Below are positions 9,847 to 19,501 of a DNA stretch of 64,000 nt, piece by piece. Source of the DNA: an uncultured delta proteobacterium (GTDB lineage: Bacteria > Myxococcota_A > Polyangia > Polyangiales > Polyangiaceae). Numbering within the stretch: position 1 is the stretch's first letter; every line of letters starts with the position of its first letter. The position numbers and the translations under genes are program-made. Under the pieces are notes generated by a model. The model was not told the DNA's origin, did not search any database, and saw only the letters and a program-made list of their open reading frames with translations. The stretch lies in assembly GCA_963696385.1 (NCBI GenBank), contig CAVOKF010000006.1, positions 453,387 to 517,386 of the forward strand. Reading direction: 5' to 3'.

Positions 9847-10868
9847 ACTGGCTCGAGAGGCTCAAAGCGCTGCCGGGCAGCTTCGACTTCCACGTCGCGC
9901 TCAGGCGCTTCGACACGGTGTCGCCCGAGATCCCCCGCCTGGGCGAGGCGGAGCGGCCGGCGGAGGAAGGCGTCCGGATCGGACAGAAGCCGTCGGCTCT
10001 TTTCGAGGGAGCGGAGATCACGGATTTCTCCGTTCCGGACGACGGGAGCGTTCCCCGTTTGATGGTCGGCTTTCTCGGTCTTTGGGGACCGAACGGACCG
10101 TTGCCGAGTCACCTGACGGAGTACGCATACGAACGCCTCCAGCACGCGGGGGATGCGACGCTCGCCCGATTCGTCGACGTCTTTCACCATCGGATGTTTC
10201 TGCTTTTTCACCGCGCTTGGACGCGGGCGCGCCCTACCGTCGCGATGGATCGACCCGACGCGGACGCGTTCGCCCTCTACGTGGGCGCGTTGATGGGTTT
10301 GGCGCTCGAGGCCACGCGACATCGAGGCGACGTTCACGATTTTGCGAAACTGCATTACGCGCCCCACTTCGCCTCTCTCTCTCGAGGTGCCGACGGGCTG
10401 CGCGATCTCGTAGCCGATTACTTCGGTGTTCCGGCGCACGTCGAGGAGTTCGTCGGCGAATGGCTCGACCTTCCCCAAGACGAGCGCTGGCGGCTCGGTG
10501 CGTCACGAGAGACGGGCAGTCTCGGGCGCGTTCCGCTCGGCCGTCGCATATGGTCTCGATCTCACAAGTTCCGAATCGTGCTCGGTCCCCTGAGCGCCTT
10601 CGACTTCGAGCAGATGCTGCCGGCGTCGCATGCCGTGACCGAGCTCACTTCGCTCGTGCGCCTTTACACGGGCGACGAATGGGACTGGGAGCTTCGGCTC
10701 GTTTTGGCACCTTCGGTGTGCGCTCCGATGCGGCTGGGCGGCGGAGGGCGTCTCGGCTGGACCACTCGCCTCGGCTCCGGCCCGGGTGTAGAGGTCGACT
10801 TGGTCGTCGATCCGCTGACCCGGCGCACCCAACGAATTCGCAACCCATTGGCCGCTCAAATCAGCTGA
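9843..10868 (+). CDS. tssG: T6SS baseplate subunit TssG
   Basis: C-terminal part of ORF 8646..10868. The GTG start overlaps the tssF stop. FLGLWGPNGPLPSHLTE and FVDVFHHRM motifs. Confidence 0.92.
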   Translation: MNWLERLKALPGSFDFHVALRRFDTVSPEIPRLGEAERPAEEGVRIGQKPSALFEGAEITDFSVPDDGSVPRLMVGFLGLWGPNGPLPSHLTEYAYERLQHAGDATLARFVDVFHHRMFLLFHRAWTRARPTVAMDRPDADAFALYVGALMGLALEATRHRGDVHDFAKLHYAPHFASLSRGADGLRDLVADYFGVPAHVEEFVGEWLDLPQDERWRLGASRETGSLGRVPLGRRIWSRSHKFRIVLGPLSAFDFEQMLPASHAVTELTSLVRLYTGDEWDWELRLVLAPSVCAPMRLGGGGRLGWTTRLGSGPGVEVDLVVDPLTRRTQRIRNPLAAQIS

Positions 10869-10884
10869 CAGGAGATCGCTTCTC

Positions 10885-13527
10885 ATGGCCGATATCAGCC
10901 GCGCTGCACTCTTTGGCAAGCTCGACGAACTGGGCTACCGCGCGCTCGAGAGCGCAACGGTGTTTTGCAAGATGCGCGGCAACCCGTACGTGGAACTCGT
11001 GCACTGGCTGCATCAGATTCTTCAGCAGCCCGACTCCGACGTGCATCGAATCACCCGGCACTACGAGCTCGATGCGGCCAAGGTGGCTCGCGATCTGCTC
11101 GAGGCGCTGGATCGTTTGCCGCGCGGTGCGACCTCGGTCAGCGACATCTCCGTCCACATCGAGGAAGCCGTCGAGCGAGGATGGCTTTATGCGAGCCTGA
11201 AATACAATCAGCCTCGCGTCCGCACCGGACACGCGATCGTGGGGTTACTCAAGACGTCGACTCTACGCCATGCGCTGACTGCGATCTCGCGGGAATTCTC
11301 GAAGGTCGGAGGCGACGACCTCACCGAGCGTTTGGCCGGGATCACCGCCGGGTCTCCGGAGGAGAGGGGCTCGGGCGCGGTGGCTGCGTCTGGGGGTACC
11401 GAGCCGATCGCGCCCGCCGCTCTGGGACGGCAAGATGCCCTCGCCAAGTTCTCGGTCGACCTCACCGAGCGCGCGCGAAGCAAGGGGCTCGACCCGATCG
11501 TAGGGCGCGACGAGGAGATTCGTCAGATCGTCCACGTCCTGATGCGGCGCAGGCAGAACAACCCCATCTTGACGGGGGACGCGGGTGTCGGAAAGACGGC
11601 CGTCGTCGAAGGACTGGCGCATCGGATCGCCTCCGGCGACGTCCCGCCCGCGCTCAAGGACGTTTCGCTTCGATCGCTCGATCTCGGGTTGTTGCAGGCC
11701 GGGGCGGGCGCGAAAGGTGAATTCGAGAACCGACTCCGGCAGGTCATCGAAGAAGTACAGGCTTCGCCCAAGCCCATTATCCTGTTCATCGACGAAGCCC
11801 ACACGCTCATCGGCGCGGGGGGAGCCGCCGGAACCGGTGACGCCGCGAACCTGCTGAAGCCGGCGCTGGCGCGCGGCACACTCCGCACGATCGCCGCGAC
11901 GACCTGGGCCGAGTACAAGAAGCACATCGAGAAGGACCCTGCGCTGACGCGGCGTTTTCAGGTGGTGCACATCCAGGAGCCCTCGGAAGAAAAGGCCGTT
12001 TTGATGATGCGCGGCGTCGCAGGCGCGATGCAAGCCCATCACAAGGTCGAACTGCTCGAAGAAGCCATTCGCGGGGCCGTCTCTCTCGCGAAGCGGTATA
12101 TCCCGGACCGCCAACTGCCGGACAAGGCGGTGAGCCTGCTCGACACGGCCTGTGCCCGAGTCGCCATCAGCCAGCACGCTGTTCCGCCGTCGGTCGAAGA
12201 CGCGCGCCGGGCCATCGAGTCGCTCGAACTCGAGCTGTCCCTCATCTCGAGCGAAGAGACCGTCGGAATGGACACCGGGAACCGGCGGGCCAAAGCCGAA
12301 CAGGCGCTCTCGGAGGTTCGCGACCGTTTGGCCGGGCTCGAGACTCGTTGGACGCGGGAACTGGGGTTGGTCGAGCGACTTCGCGGCTTGCGCGACGAGC
12401 TGCGCCGCCAGGCGGGGCGTGACGGTCCGGTCGAAGGCGATGGGCGCGGGCGCTTCGAAGCCCTCGCGTCGGTCGAACGGGAGCTCCATGCCCTTCAGGG
12501 AGAGCACCCGCTCGTCATGCCGCTGGTCGACGAGCAAGCCGTCGCCACGGTCGTGTCCGACTGGACCGGTATCCCCGTGGGTCGCATGGTTCGAAACGAG
12601 ATCGAAACCGTGCTCGGGCTGACGCCGATCCTCGCTCGCCGCGTGATCGGGCAAGACCACGCGCTCGAGCTCGTCTCCAAGCGGATCCAAACGGCGCGGG
12701 CCGGCCTGGAGAACCCGAACAAGCCCATCGGGGTGTTCTTGCTGGTGGGACCCTCGGGCGTCGGCAAGACGGAGACGGCGCTGGCGATCGCGGAGGCGCT
12801 TTACGGAGGCGAGCAGAACGTCATCACGATCAACATGAGCGAGTTCCAGGAGGCGCACACCGTGTCGACTCTCAAGGGCGCGCCTCCCGGCTACGTGGGT
12901 TACGGGGAAGGGGGTGTCTTGACGGAAGCCGTTCGGCGCCGCCCTTACAGCGTGGTCCTTCTCGACGAAGTGGAGAAGGCCCATCCGGACGTGCACGAGC
13001 TTTTCTTTCAAGTCTTCGACAAGGGCTGGATGGAAGACGGGCAGGGCACCCGGGTCGACTTCAAGAACACGATCATCCTGCTGACGTCCAACGCGGGAAG
13101 CGAGGTCTTGATGGGCCTGTGCGAGGGGGGGCGGACCGCCCCTCCGGAGGCCGAGCTTCAGGCGGCCATTCGGCCAGCGCTACTGCACGTCTTCCCGGCC
13201 GCGCTCATCGGACGCATGTCGGTCATTCCCTATTACCCCTTGAGCGACGCGATGTTGGGCCGGATCGTTCGTCTTCAGCTCGACCGCATCCAGGCCCGCG
13301 TTCGGCAGCAGTACGACGTGCCCTTCGTCTACGACCAGAGCGTCGTGGATCTGGTCACGAGCCGTTGCACGGAGGTGGAGAGCGGGGGGCGCATGATTGA
13401 CGCGGTGCTTACGAGTTCGCTTTTGCCCCAACTCAGCCGTGAACTGCTTGGTCGTCGCCTCGACGGCGTCGCCGTGACCAAGGTCGAGGTCACGGCGGCC
13501 GACGGACAGTTCTCATTTGCCCTTTAG
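10885..13527 (+). CDS. tssH: T6SS AAA+ ATPase ClpV (TssH)
   Basis: MADISRAALFGKL N-terminus, two Walker A motifs (GDAGVGKT, GPSGVGKT) and the RRRQNNPIL motif. Confidence 0.96.
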   Translation: MADISRAALFGKLDELGYRALESATVFCKMRGNPYVELVHWLHQILQQPDSDVHRITRHYELDAAKVARDLLEALDRLPRGATSVSDISVHIEEAVERGWLYASLKYNQPRVRTGHAIVGLLKTSTLRHALTAISREFSKVGGDDLTERLAGITAGSPEERGSGAVAASGGTEPIAPAALGRQDALAKFSVDLTERARSKGLDPIVGRDEEIRQIVHVLMRRRQNNPILTGDAGVGKTAVVEGLAHRIASGDVPPALKDVSLRSLDLGLLQAGAGAKGEFENRLRQVIEEVQASPKPIILFIDEAHTLIGAGGAAGTGDAANLLKPALARGTLRTIAATTWAEYKKHIEKDPALTRRFQVVHIQEPSEEKAVLMMRGVAGAMQAHHKVELLEEAIRGAVSLAKRYIPDRQLPDKAVSLLDTACARVAISQHAVPPSVEDARRAIESLELELSLISSEETVGMDTGNRRAKAEQALSEVRDRLAGLETRWTRELGLVERLRGLRDELRRQAGRDGPVEGDGRGRFEALASVERELHALQGEHPLVMPLVDEQAVATVVSDWTGIPVGRMVRNEIETVLGLTPILARRVIGQDHALELVSKRIQTARAGLENPNKPIGVFLLVGPSGVGKTETALAIAEALYGGEQNVITINMSEFQEAHTVSTLKGAPPGYVGYGEGGVLTEAVRRRPYSVVLLDEVEKAHPDVHELFFQVFDKGWMEDGQGTRVDFKNTIILLTSNAGSEVLMGLCEGGRTAPPEAELQAAIRPALLHVFPAALIGRMSVIPYYPLSDAMLGRIVRLQLDRIQARVRQQYDVPFVYDQSVVDLVTSRCTEVESGGRMIDAVLTSSLLPQLSRELLGRRLDGVAVTKVEVTAADGQFSFAL

Positions 13528-13701
13528 CCCACCGGGTAGCGGTACGCGTGCTCCTGTCCGGAACCGCCGGAGCGCGATCGCGAGTCGCTGCCTGCCGATC
13601 AGGGACCCGGTCCGAGAGGGTCTGACCGGGCCGAGTCGCGGTCGTGCTCGCCGCCGCGATCCGGCGAGGCCGCAAATCGGGTGATCGCGGCCGTAAACGG
13701 C

Positions 13702-14193
13702 TCAGCCCTGACTCCAGTAACCCTCCTGCCATTGCCACTGCTGCCCGTCCCAGACCCACTGGGGTGCGATCCAGACCCAGCCCGGATATTCCGGGGTGAC
13801 CCACCACGGTCCGTTGATCCAAATCCAACCGTTGCCGCCCCATCCCCAGCAGCCGCGGCCCCAATACGGGTGCGTCCACGCGCGTCCCGGCCCAAGGTAG
13901 ACGCGTCCAGGTCCGCGACCCGCGAACGCGCCGCCGAAGTGGCCTCCAACTCCGCCAAAGTGGCCTCCGGCGCCACCGAAGTGGCCTCCGGCACCGCCCC
14001 CGCCGAAGTGGCCTCCGCCGCCGCCGCCCCCGCCGAAGTGGCCACCGGCCGAATGCCCGCCGCCCCCGCCTCCGTGCCCACCGCCCCCGCCTCCGTGCCC
14101 ACCGCCGCCACCCCCTCCTCGCGCGAACGCCGTCGCTGGGGCCAACCCGATCGTCAGTGCAGCCACGAGAGGAATCACTTTCCCTCGAAACAT
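13702..14193 (-). CDS. Secreted Gly/His-rich protein with Trp-rich (WxxGxW-type) C-terminal repeats
   Basis: Signal peptide MFRGKVIPLVAALTIGLAPATAFA, then GGGHFGG repeats, then WVWIAPQWVWDGQQWQWQEGYW. Confidence 0.75.
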   Translation of the reverse strand: MFRGKVIPLVAALTIGLAPATAFARGGGGGGGHGGGGGGHGGGGGGHSAGGHFGGGGGGGGHFGGGGAGGHFGGAGGHFGGVGGHFGGAFAGRGPGRVYLGPGRAWTHPYWGRGCWGWGGNGWIWINGPWWVTPEYPGWVWIAPQWVWDGQQWQWQEGYWSQG

Positions 14194-14317
14194 GGGCCAA
14201 GCCTTTCGCAGAACGGAGAACAACGCCTCACTACACGTAACGCAAGGTTCGTTCCGCGCAAGGAGCAGACACCCAACCGCAGGATTCGCTTTGCAGCCGC
14301 ACCGGGATTTTGCCTGC

Positions 14318-14478
14318 AAACGGATTTCCTGCACAGGCACGGCGGGGACGAATTGCGCCGGCGACGGCGGAGGGTCGATCCGGGTTGCCCCAGCGACCGG
14401 TCGAAAAACGCATTTCCTGCACAGCCACGGCGGCGACGAGTTGCGCCGGCGCCGGCGGCGGGTCGATCCGGACTGCCC
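14318..14478. repeat. Two imperfect ~70-bp direct repeats, period 88 bp
   Basis: ATTTCCTGCACAG(G/C)CACGGCGG(G/C)GACGA(A/G)TTGCGCCGGCG(A/C)CGGCGG(A/C)GGGTCGATCCGG starts at 14324 and at 14412, between two divergent genes. Confidence 0.85.
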
Positions 14479-14555
14479 AGGGACCGGCCGCTCTCGGGGC
14501 GACGGAGTCATCAAATGTGGTCCCGGTACGGTCGAACTGTAGCATTCTCAGGGCC

Positions 14556-15485
14556 ATGGCGTGCTTGCGTCACACATCGACCGGTGCGCTCTCGATCCTC
14601 GAGGCCGAGCATCTCGTCGGGCGCTCGCCGCTCGCGATGCTTCGATGCGACGAGCCGTACGTGTCGATGACGCATGCGTCGATTCGGTGGACGGGGTCGG
14701 GTTGGGAGCTCAAGGATCTCGGCAGCCGAAATGGGACCAGCGTTGGCGGCGTCCTCATCAAGGCCGGTCAGGCGTGCCCGATCGTCCGAGGCGATCGGGT
14801 CTCGTTCGGCAGTCCGGATCAGACCTGGGAAGTCCTCGAGGACGCCCCGCCGCGCGTGATGGTCTTTCCGTTGGCGTGGCCGCATGAGCCGCTGTTCATC
14901 GACACGGACATCTTGCCTCTTCCGTCACCGGATGATCCGAGGCACACGGTGTTCCAGGGAGCCGACGGGGGCTGGTACCTCGAACGCGAAGACGGGATCG
15001 TCCCGCTGTCCTCGCAGCTCGTCTTCGAGTGCGGCGGTCAGCGCTACCGCTTTTCCTGTCCAGACGTCTCGCCGGATACGTCATCGGTCGCCTTGCCGCT
15101 TGGGGCCAGTCCGACTCTCGCGGAGATCCGGCTCGTGTTCCGGGTCTCGACCGACGAAGAGCACGTCGAGCTCGTGATGCACGGCACCGCGGGGCCGGTC
15201 GATCTCGGTGCTCGGGGCCACAACTATCTGCTGCTTCTCTTGGCGCGCCAGCGATTGGCCGACGCCGGGCAGAACCTGCCCAGCGGCACATGCGGATGGG
15301 TTTACCAAGACGACCTCGTTCGTGCGCTCAAAGTTTCGCCCGAGCGGCTCAACATCGACATATTTCGCATTCGAAAGCAGTTTGCGGCCATCGGGTTGTC
15401 CGAGCCCGCGAGCATCGTGGAGCGACGTCCGAGGACCAAGCAACTGCGGATTGGCGTGGCGTCGGTTGCCCTCGAGACGATTTGA
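14556..15485 (+). CDS. FHA domain protein with C-terminal winged-helix-like DNA-binding domain
   Basis: FHA motifs VGRS, VSMTHA and DLGSRNGT. C-terminal LNIDIFRIRKQF resembles an OmpR-type recognition helix. Confidence 0.8.
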   Translation: MACLRHTSTGALSILEAEHLVGRSPLAMLRCDEPYVSMTHASIRWTGSGWELKDLGSRNGTSVGGVLIKAGQACPIVRGDRVSFGSPDQTWEVLEDAPPRVMVFPLAWPHEPLFIDTDILPLPSPDDPRHTVFQGADGGWYLEREDGIVPLSSQLVFECGGQRYRFSCPDVSPDTSSVALPLGASPTLAEIRLVFRVSTDEEHVELVMHGTAGPVDLGARGHNYLLLLLARQRLADAGQNLPSGTCGWVYQDDLVRALKVSPERLNIDIFRIRKQFAAIGLSEPASIVERRPRTKQLRIGVASVALETI

Positions 15486-15559
15486 ATCGTCCGAACGATC
15501 CCCGCTCGGCGACGATTCGTTCGTCGTCTTCGGGCGATGACGTACGTTGCGGCGCCGCG

Positions 15560-17023
15560 ATGCCCTTTTTGCTGACCCCCGATCGAGTGGCCCGGTACGG
15601 TTTTCGGGCCGCGTGGCTCGTCTCCTGCTCGGCCCTCGCATGCGTACTGGCCTTCGTCGTCCTCACGTTTCGCTCGCGCATTCTCGACGGCGTCGAAGGC
15701 GCCCTGCTCTTCGACGCATCTCGCTTGCGTCAGCATCACCCTCTTTGGGTCGACCCGGCGCAAGGCGCTTGGGACTACGGCGCCGTACCCTGCCGCTACT
15801 ACGTCGCCTACACGGGGGTCTGGGCTTACGTTCTGTCGCTCTTTCCCGCGGCATGGGGCGAAGTGCCCGCCCGCGCGATCGCCACGCTCTCGTGGTTCGG
15901 GCTGCTGGCCTGGATCGTTGTGCGCTGTCGGAGCGACCGGCGCCGGACGGCGTGGGTTGCCGCCGTGTTCGTCGGTGGCGTGTACACCTCGGCGTTGTTC
16001 GGCTCGGCCGGCCGGCCCGACGCCCCCGCTTTGTTGCTGAGCGCGGTCGCGTTGGAGCGCTCCGTCCGTCGCGATCGGGTGGGATTCGTCGACGGCGCTC
16101 TGTTCGCGCTTGCGGCATTCATCAAACCGAACGTGCTGGGGCTTTCGAGTGGCGCCTTCTTGGGCGAGCTGTGGCTTCGCCGAGGACGCGCGGCGCCGGC
16201 CGTGTTGGGGGGGGCCGCGGCGACCGGCGGACTCGCTTGGGCGCTGGGTCGTGCGAGCGGCGGGCAGTGGTGGGTGCACGTGATGCGCGCCAACTACGGT
16301 GCGATGCGTTTCTCGTTCTGGATCGAGCAGTTGGCGTCGGGGTTGCAGTTTTTCGGGCTGCCTCTCGCGTTCACCGCGTACTGCGCGTGGCGCGCCCGTG
16401 GGCAGAGGGGCGTGCCGCGGACGATCTTCGCTCTCGGCAGCAGCGCCGCGTGGGCGATCGTCACGATCGCCAAGGCGGGAGGTACGCGAAATTACTGGAT
16501 GGAACCGTGCATCGCGGCCGTCTTGGTCTTCTCGTACGCGCCCGTGCCGCCATGGCCCAAGGGGGCGCGTGCTCCCGCGGCCGCGCTCGCGGTCGTGCAG
16601 GCACTCTGGACCGGCGTGGCCAGCATTCGCAGCTCGCTCGAATCGATTGCGCTCGCGCCCGCCCGCCGATCGGTCGTGATGAGTGCGCGCGCGACCGTAC
16701 GCGCGCAGCCGGGCGAGATCGTGCTTGGCGAAGACCCCGGCTTGGAGTGGATGCTCGACGGCCGATCGGTTCAGACCCCCATCTACATGACCGCCCTCGG
16801 ATGGGAGCACCGCTATCCCGTCGATCTCTGGATCCAGGACGTCGAACGATCCGAGGTCGTCGGGCTCGTGACCTTCGATGACATCCTCGAGCGTCCCCTG
16901 TCGGAGGTCAACGTCTCGGAGGACCTATTTTTGCCCGCGCTTCGAATCGCACTCACCCGGCGCTTCGTTCGGGTGGAGCGCGCCGCGGGCCTGTACGTCT
17001 ACGCGTTGCGTGAAAGACGATGA
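15560..17023 (+). CDS. Polytopic membrane protein, probable GT-C fold glycosyltransferase
   Basis: Many TM helices, an acidic loop after TM1 (LDGVEG), and RPD, FIKPN and GGTRNYW motifs. Start placed at ATG 15560. Confidence 0.6.
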   Translation: MPFLLTPDRVARYGFRAAWLVSCSALACVLAFVVLTFRSRILDGVEGALLFDASRLRQHHPLWVDPAQGAWDYGAVPCRYYVAYTGVWAYVLSLFPAAWGEVPARAIATLSWFGLLAWIVVRCRSDRRRTAWVAAVFVGGVYTSALFGSAGRPDAPALLLSAVALERSVRRDRVGFVDGALFALAAFIKPNVLGLSSGAFLGELWLRRGRAAPAVLGGAAATGGLAWALGRASGGQWWVHVMRANYGAMRFSFWIEQLASGLQFFGLPLAFTAYCAWRARGQRGVPRTIFALGSSAAWAIVTIAKAGGTRNYWMEPCIAAVLVFSYAPVPPWPKGARAPAAALAVVQALWTGVASIRSSLESIALAPARRSVVMSARATVRAQPGEIVLGEDPGLEWMLDGRSVQTPIYMTALGWEHRYPVDLWIQDVERSEVVGLVTFDDILERPLSEVNVSEDLFLPALRIALTRRFVRVERAAGLYVYALRERR

Positions 17024-19044
17024 CGTCGAAACGCCGTCCGATGAAGCGACCGTCCGCGGCGCCCTCGGCCGTCTCCGGGGGGACGCATCCGGTGGGGCTC
17101 GTCCTGGCGGCCGTCGGGCGAGTCCGGTCCCATGGGCGTTCGCCTCTGGCGTGGGTCATCCTCGTCGCGTTGGGGCTCCGCGTCGTCGGCCTCACCTGGG
17201 GGTTGCCCGCCTCCGATGGGTGGGACAACGACGGCGTCGCCCCGCGCGATTTTTTCCCCGGACTGATCGAGTCGTTCACCCCCGGCCACTATTTCACGTA
17301 TCCCCCAGCGCACCTGGCGATCCTGTCCTTCTTGGTCCTTCCGGTCGCGCTCGTCCTCATCGGACGCGCCCCGTCGCTCGCGCCCCACGACGTCATCGGC
17401 GAGGCGATTCACGTGCCGTACATGACGCTGTTCGCCATGACGGGTCGCGTCGTCGGCGCGATCCTGTCGCTCGGCATCATTTACGCGGTCGCCAAGATCG
17501 CTGAAGCCATCGCGGGCCGTCGGGCGGGGCTGTGCGCGGGGGCGGTTTGCGCTGTGAATGTCGGTTTGACGTATTACGGACACACCACCAACCTCGACGT
17601 CCCGTCCCTGTTTTGGGCGACGCTCGCGCTCCTCGCGCTCTGTCTGGCCCTGACGCGTCGCGAGCCCGCTCGTCTGCGCGCTTTCGCTCTGTTCGCGGCT
17701 GTTTCGGTGGCGACCAAAGACCAGGCGTACGCCGTCTTCGTCCTCGCGGTGCCATGTGCCATCGGGCTGTGGATCGCCCTCGACGATTGGGCGAGGCACA
17801 ACGTCGGGCCCCTCGCTCGGCAGTCGGGTTGGGCCATCGGCATCGGCCTGGCGACGATCCTCGTTTGCGATGGGATCCTCGTGAATCCGACCGGCTTCGC
17901 CGCCCGAATCCGTTATTTGACCGGTCCCGCGAGTCAGCCCTACGCCTATTACTCCGCCGACGCCTGGGGCTTGTGCCTGGTCGTATTCGACAGCGTGAAA
18001 AACTTTGGCGAGGCCTACCCGTGGCTTTTGGCACCCCTGGCCGGCGCGGGTCTCGTCTGCGCCGGTCGTGTGCGTGACCCGGCCCGGCGCGCCGCTGCGT
18101 TCGTGCCTCTCGCGGCCATCGCCTCGTTTACGTTGTTCTTCAATTGCGTCGCGCGGCGGACCGAGCACCGCTTCCTCATGCCGCAGATGGTGCTTTGGGC
18201 CGTGTACGCGGGCCTCGGACTGGACGGGTGGCTCACCGTGGCGCGGCCGCGCCTCGTCGCGCGGTTGGCGATCGTCGCGACGTTTGCATGGGCCTTGTTC
18301 CGATGCGCGGACGTCGACGCCAACCTTCTTTTGGACCCGCGCTACGACGCCGAAAAGTGGCTTAGGGCCCACGTCGCGCCCGGCGACAGCCTCGAGGTGC
18401 ACGGATACAACGTCTATCTGCCGAGATTGCCGCCGCAGGCGGTGGTCTTCCGGGTGGGCCCGGAGCCGCTCTCCGGACGGAACCCGCTGCCCGGGGTGGT
18501 CGAGGTAGAGGATTCGTTGAGCGACGTGGCGGCGCGGGATCCACGTTGGATCGTGGTGTCCGAGGGATGGGCGGGCCACGTCCTGTCCCACGCGCGCCCC
18601 CTTCCGGGGGCGCACGGCCGAATATTCGCTCGCACCGAGATCGCCAGTGCCGGCGACGTCGATGCGACATCCTTCTTGCAAGGTCTGTTCGACGGGCGTC
18701 TCGGGTACTCGACGGCGCACGTGTCGGCCTGGAAGAGCCGCGTGTGGCCGCGCCTCGATATTCACGGTTCTCTGGCGCCGACCGTGTGGATCTTCGAGCG
18801 TGCGGGCGGTCGAACGACCCGTGCCGACCCTGCAACGGGAGGTAACCCCCGCGCCGCGGGCGACCCAGTTCAACGGGGCGCTCTACTCAGGGGCTTTTGC
18901 CGAAGCGCGCGAGCACGTAGTAGCGGCCCGGACCGAACCGCACCGACTCCGCCCCCCGAAGCGTGGCGTCGTCGAGCGGTTCGACGTGGAACGCGCGAAG
19001 ATAGCGGCGGAAGCCTCGAGCGAGCGGCCCAGCTAGTCCGGTGA
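17020..19044 (+). CDS. GT-C glycosyltransferase (ArnT/PMT/GT39-like)
   Basis: WGLP..DGWDNDG loop, YPP, HTTNLDVP and TKDQAY motifs, many TM helices. ATGA overlap with the upstream gene. Confidence 0.7.
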   Translation: MTSKRRPMKRPSAAPSAVSGGTHPVGLVLAAVGRVRSHGRSPLAWVILVALGLRVVGLTWGLPASDGWDNDGVAPRDFFPGLIESFTPGHYFTYPPAHLAILSFLVLPVALVLIGRAPSLAPHDVIGEAIHVPYMTLFAMTGRVVGAILSLGIIYAVAKIAEAIAGRRAGLCAGAVCAVNVGLTYYGHTTNLDVPSLFWATLALLALCLALTRREPARLRAFALFAAVSVATKDQAYAVFVLAVPCAIGLWIALDDWARHNVGPLARQSGWAIGIGLATILVCDGILVNPTGFAARIRYLTGPASQPYAYYSADAWGLCLVVFDSVKNFGEAYPWLLAPLAGAGLVCAGRVRDPARRAAAFVPLAAIASFTLFFNCVARRTEHRFLMPQMVLWAVYAGLGLDGWLTVARPRLVARLAIVATFAWALFRCADVDANLLLDPRYDAEKWLRAHVAPGDSLEVHGYNVYLPRLPPQAVVFRVGPEPLSGRNPLPGVVEVEDSLSDVAARDPRWIVVSEGWAGHVLSHARPLPGAHGRIFARTEIASAGDVDATSFLQGLFDGRLGYSTAHVSAWKSRVWPRLDIHGSLAPTVWIFERAGGRTTRADPATGGNPRAAGDPVQRGALLRGFCRSARARSSGPDRTAPTPPPEAWRRRAVRRGTREDSGGSLERAAQLVR

Positions 19045-19501
19045 GATCGCCGAAGTCCACGACGACCACTTCACCCGCATCGGATAGCGCGCGGCGGGCG
19101 TTTGCGAGCGCCCGGGACCGATCCTTGACCATCGAAAGGCAATACGAAAAAAGAACGCGATCGGGGGCCGCCCCCAGGACGTCGTGCAACGGCGCATCCT
19201 CCGCGAACCCGTGCTCGAGCCGGGCCCATGGGCAGCGCCGACGTGCGTGGTCGAGCATCGCGTCGGATGCCTCGATGCCCGCCAGATGGGCGTCGGGCCG
19301 CGCCCGATGAATTCGGGCGAGGTTGCGACCGGTGCCGGGTCCGATCTCGATCAGGCGCTCCCAGCGGCGGTCATCGGCGAGCTCTTGGAGCGCGACGTCG
19401 CGGCCAAACAGATAGTACTTGCGTGTTGCATCGTAAAAAAATCGCGACGGTCCGTAGTATCGATTGAGAAACGCCCGGTGTTCGGCGCGGACGTCGCTCA
19501 A
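18887..19501 (-). CDS. btaB: SAM-dependent methyltransferase BtaB (betaine lipid synthesis)
   Basis: YDATRKYYLFGRD, EIGPGTGRNL, FSYCLSM and VVDFGD motifs. The TTG start overlaps the btaA stop. Confidence 0.82.
   Translation of the reverse strand: MSDVRAEHRAFLNRYYGPSRFFYDATRKYYLFGRDVALQELADDRRWERLIEIGPGTGRNLARIHRARPDAHLAGIEASDAMLDHARRRCPWARLEHGFAEDAPLHDVLGAAPDRVLFSYCLSMVKDRSRALANARRALSDAGEVVVVDFGDLTGLAGPLARGFRRYLRAFHVEPLDDATLRGAESVRFGPGRYYVLARFGKSP

Noticed and set aside
14318..14478. Mini-CRISPR or IS ends
   Set aside because: There are only two long direct units, no inverted termini and no transposase.
14556..15485. T6SS structural Fha/TagH
   Set aside because: The C-terminus looks like a DNA-binding winged helix rather than the TagH C-terminal domain, and the gene is outside the tss operon.
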